Assembly (NCBI RefSeq): GCF_009914755.1
Contig: NC_060934.1
From: the human T2T-CHM13v2.0 reference genome, Homo sapiens
Strand: one strand, 5' to 3'
DNA length: 64,000 bases
Part shown: positions 61,953 to 64,000 of the stretch, piece after piece
How the letters are laid out: each line of letters starts with the position of its first letter
How positions within the stretch are numbered: the first letter of the stretch is position 1
The notes under the pieces: generated by a model
What the model saw: the letters and a program-made list of their open reading frames with translations, nothing else
The model's database searches: none
What the model was told of the DNA's origin: nothing
Program-made: the position numbers and the translations under genes

Positions 61953-63225
61953 TTTTTTGTCCTTTATTCTGTTAATGTGATGTGTCACATTTATTTGTTT
62001 GTGGATATTGAACCATCTGTACTTCCCTGATATGAATCCCACTCGATCATGGTAAATGATCTTTTTAATGTGTTGTTAAATTTGGTTTGTTAGTCTTTTG
62101 TTGAAAAATTCTGCATAAATTTTCATCAGTGATACTGACCTGTAGTTTTATTTTCTGTTGAGTCCATGTCTTTTTTTTTTTTTTTTTTTTTTAATCAGAG
62201 TAATGCTGGCCTTGTAGAATGTGCTGGAAGTATTCCTTCCTCTTCAAGTTTTTGGGATAGTTTGAATAGAACTGGCATTAGTTCTTCTTTAAATTTTGGT
62301 AGCAGTCAGCAGTGAACCCATCAAGGTTCCTGGGCTTTTCTTTGATGGAAAGCTTCTAATTATTGCTTTTGATTTTGTTTCTCATTATTGGTGTGTTGAG
62401 ATTTTCTATTTCTTCATGATGCAATCTTGGTAACTTGCGTGTGTCCAAGAATTTATCCATTTCCTCTAGGTTTTCCAATTTGTTGGCATATAGTTGTTTG
62501 TAGTAGCCTCTTATGATCCTTTGTATTTCTGTGGCATCAGCTGCAATGTTACCCTTTTCTTCTCTTGTTTTAGTTATTTGAATTTCCTCACTTTTATTTT
62601 TAGTCTATCTAAAGGTTTGTCAAGTTTGTTTATCTTTTCAAAATACAGCTTTTTGTTTTGTTCATCTTTTATATTTTTTAATCTCTTTTTTGTTTATTTC
62701 TGCTCTGATTTTATTAGTTTGTTCCTTCTACTTATTTTCGGATTGTTCTTTTTTTTTTAGTTCTTTGAGGAGTAATGTTAGGTTGTTTATTTGAGTTCTT
62801 TCTAGTTTTTTTTCATGTAGGTGTTTATTGCTATAAACTTTATTTTAGGGCCATTTTTCCTATATTATATAGGCTTTTGTATGTTGTATTTTCATTTTTC
62901 ATTTGTCTCAAGGAATTTTTAAATTAAAAAACTTTCTTTTCTTTGATGCATTGTTTTTTTCATGAACATGTTGTTTAATTTTCATGTATTTGAACAGTTT
63001 CCAAAGTTCCTTCTGTTATTGATTCACAGTTTTATTCCATTGTAATCATAAAATATACTCCATATGATTTCAATTAAAAAAATTGTTAAAACTTGTTTTG
63101 TCGCCTAATATATGGTCTGGAGAATCTTCCATGTGCTATGGTGAAGAATGTATATTCTCTAGCTGTTGGGTGACACGTATTATAAATGTCTGTTAGGTTC
63201 ATTTTGTCTAGAATGCAGTTTAAAT
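61953..63225 (-). mobile_element. L1M ORF2 fragment
   Basis: Track ORF 61818..62042 ([22 protein letters not shown]) and downstream L1 motifs. Confidence 0.75.
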
Positions 63226-63239
63226 TAAGTGTATATTTT

Positions 63240-64000
<761 letters not shown>

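Overview
Human-type (hominid) genomic DNA, AT-rich and mostly made of interspersed repeats. Three + strand coding exons (899-971, 50918-51028, 51721-51822) splice into one open frame, [24 protein letters not shown]|[37 protein letters not shown]|[35 protein letters not shown] recognise this from memory as the middle of CCDC7 (long isoform, including the former C10orf68). The rest is intronic: a 49.9-kb intron and a downstream intron filled with nested, mostly antisense LINE-1s (two full-length L1PA4/5, two truncated L1PA7-like, many L1M/L1PB), Alus, MaLR/ERV LTRs and DNA-transposon fossils. Almost all long ORFs in the track are L1 or Alu debris. I see no prokaryote-type system (CRISPR, operon, defence locus). 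The strongest leads are: (i) an L1PA4 antisense ORF0 intact up to a phase-1 splice donor, frame-compatible with downstream CCDC7 exons; (ii) a 138-bp human-specific L1HS-Ta insertion, probably polymorphic; (iii) a sense-oriented LTR12F solo LTR flanked by a 101-bp duplication instead of a ~4-bp TSD; (iv) a stop-containing candidate poison or dead exon 76 nt upstream of the first coding exon; (v) several template-switch inversions and palindromes. Repeat subfamily names come from remembered diagnostic motifs, not from a RepeatMasker run.
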